The translations under genes and the position numbers were made by a program. From contig PRDJ01000076.1 in the NCBI GenBank assembly GCA_003345555.1, positions 1 to 23,907 of the forward strand: 23,907 bases of DNA, given 5' to 3'. Source of the stretch: Candidatus Thorarchaeota archaeon. Its GTDB lineage: Archaea; Asgardarchaeota; Thorarchaeia; Thorarchaeales; Thorarchaeaceae. Positions 22,807 to 23,907 of the stretch are shown in pieces (the first letter of the stretch is position 1; each line of letters starts with the position of its first letter). The notes under the pieces are model-generated. The model was not told the DNA's origin and ran no database searches. It saw only the letters and a program-made list of their open reading frames with translations.

Positions 22807-23732
22807 CTGTCTGGCTTTCCGTCTGCCGTTTGCCCGGAGCCGCCTACTGGATACAACACAGCTTCTTTCAACAAGAACCGACCAGATTCTGTGTCTCTTA
22901 CGCCTGTGTACACGAGACCTTCGAAGTCATGGGCAAGGTGGAACACCAGCGGCCATCTGGACTCCCTGCCGAGAAGCGTCAGTATCTGTGCGATTGTCTC
23001 CCTCAGCTTAATGCTTTCAGTACATACAAGATGATCCAAGCCCCTTCTGTTAAAGAGGATTCTTCTTTCTTGACACATCAGACCCAATATGGGCAGTGCG
23101 CAATATAGCAACATCAACACGGCAATAAGAAATGAAAGGCCTGAGAAAGAAAAGACCAGAGAAAGAAGGGCCGAGAGGACAACAACTGATACAAAGGCTG
23201 CAAAGACTGTGCCGGCCATGCGACCGGAGTGCAGTAGCCTCTTCCATTGCTCAATCTCACTGCAAGGCCACTCGACCTTGTCACCCAGTTTGATGGCCAG
23301 TTGGAGTGCGGCGTCTATCTGCTCCTTTCTTTCCTGCAGAAGATTAGTACGTGACTCTCCCCATGTAACAGCTGATTCCAAATGATCCAGAGCTGCGCAA
23401 TGCAGGTCGAAGAAAGACACACCCCGACTGATCGTCTTTCGTCCTAGTCCTAGGCAGCTGAACTTCCTCACGAGACGTTGGTGCTTTATAGTACCGGCCA
23501 AGGCAATCACGATGTAGGAAGTCATTAGCAGCAGGCCATACGCAGTCAACTGTGCAAACAAAAGCACAATCAGTCCAAGCATTGAGAACAGCAACCCAAA
23601 CAGAATGGGCAGCATTATGTCTCGACCCTCCTCGTATACCGGGCGTTTGCCGTCGGCAAGTCTTCTGTCGAACTCCTCAAAGCTATCGTTCACGAGCTGA
23701 CAACTGCCCCCAACATTGTCACTGCCATGCAT
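22785..23732 (-). CDS. Hypothetical membrane protein with two TM hairpins
   Basis: Hydrophobic pairs ILFGLLFSMLGLIVLLFA/YGLLLMTSYIVIALAG and VFAAFVSVVVLSALLSLVF/FLIAVLMLLYCALPILG, separated by a soluble domain. 22-nt convergent overlap. Confidence 0.65.
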   Translation of the reverse strand: MHGSDNVGGSCQLVNDSFEEFDRRLADGKRPVYEEGRDIMLPILFGLLFSMLGLIVLLFAQLTAYGLLLMTSYIVIALAGTIKHQRLVRKFSCLGLGRKTISRGVSFFDLHCAALDHLESAVTWGESRTNLLQERKEQIDAALQLAIKLGDKVEWPCSEIEQWKRLLHSGRMAGTVFAAFVSVVVLSALLSLVFSFSGLSFLIAVLMLLYCALPILGLMCQERRILFNRRGLDHLVCTESIKLRETIAQILTLLGRESRWPLVFHLAHDFEGLVYTGVRDTESGRFLLKEAVLYPVGGSGQTADGKPDSYWVSER

Positions 23733-23907
23733 ATGAGAGAAGAGGCATATAAGCTAAGCTTGCGAGACTTGTCCACACCAGGCTTTCTGAATTCCCTAAC
23801 GCGTTCCCTCGACGGCACAGACCGGTTTTGTCTGCTGATACTGGCTTCGGAGCTGGCGCTGGTGCAGAGTGCGAATTCCTAAGGGAAAAAGGTGTGGAAG
23901 AATCTGC

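Noticed and set aside
8048-23752. Numerous 60-200 aa alternative-frame ORFs in the track (e.g. 8048-8509, 16775-17227, 18221-18730, 19202-19801, 19962-20348)
   Set aside because: They overlap well-supported genes, mostly antisense, and show no motifs.
23733-23907. Possible 3' end of a further minus-strand gene at the window edge
   Set aside because: Two frames are open for 36-62 codons and neither has a recognisable motif. It cannot be resolved without flanking sequence.
1-23907. Mobile elements, integrases or prophage
   Set aside because: No transposase or recombinase ORF, terminal inverted repeats or target-site duplications were seen.

Overview
An archaeal, gene-dense window with no rRNA, tRNA, CRISPR array or recognisable mobile element. 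The Rab-like small GTPases, a longin-like protein, a 24-aa LRR protein, AGGAGG/GAGGTG ribosome-binding sites, TATA-like boxes and an oligo-T terminator suggest an Asgard archaeon, possibly Thorarchaeia-like (inference from gene content only). Content, left to right: 3' end of an M32 carboxypeptidase; a Rab-fold protein with all G motifs degenerate (pseudo-GTPase); a C_GCAxxG_C_C protein; a conserved hypothetical; tldD-pmbA; a 69-aa (Lys-X)n histone-H1-tail-like protein; a DUF22-like protein; a dsrEFH/tusDCB-like operon; an LRR protein; a SAM methyltransferase; a thiol-redox block (PDO, TrxR, glutaredoxin, ferritin-like); a four-gene operon (Zn-ribbon, longin-like, ~15-TM membrane protein, intact Rab-like GTPase); iorAB followed by an atypical TrxR-like flavoprotein, a second ferritin-like protein and a thioredoxin; an Imm5-like protein; a prenyltransferase/squalene-cyclase-fold protein; and a membrane protein. 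Main leads: (1) the third dsrEFH gene is absent from the ORF track because it has no ATG/GTG/TTG start, and an ACG sits exactly 8 nt behind an AGGAGG. SD-plus-ACG arrangements recur at up to three other loci, hinting at ACG initiation (or editing/read-through, or assembly error). (2) The Zn-ribbon/longin/polytopic-membrane/Rab-like GTPase operon may be a membrane-anchored GTPase switch. (3) The pseudo-GTPase. (4) The H1-tail-like polycation. (5) A TrxR-like enzyme lacking the NADPH-binding signature, directly downstream of ferredoxin-reducing IOR. All family assignments are from motif recognition by eye; no database searches were run.
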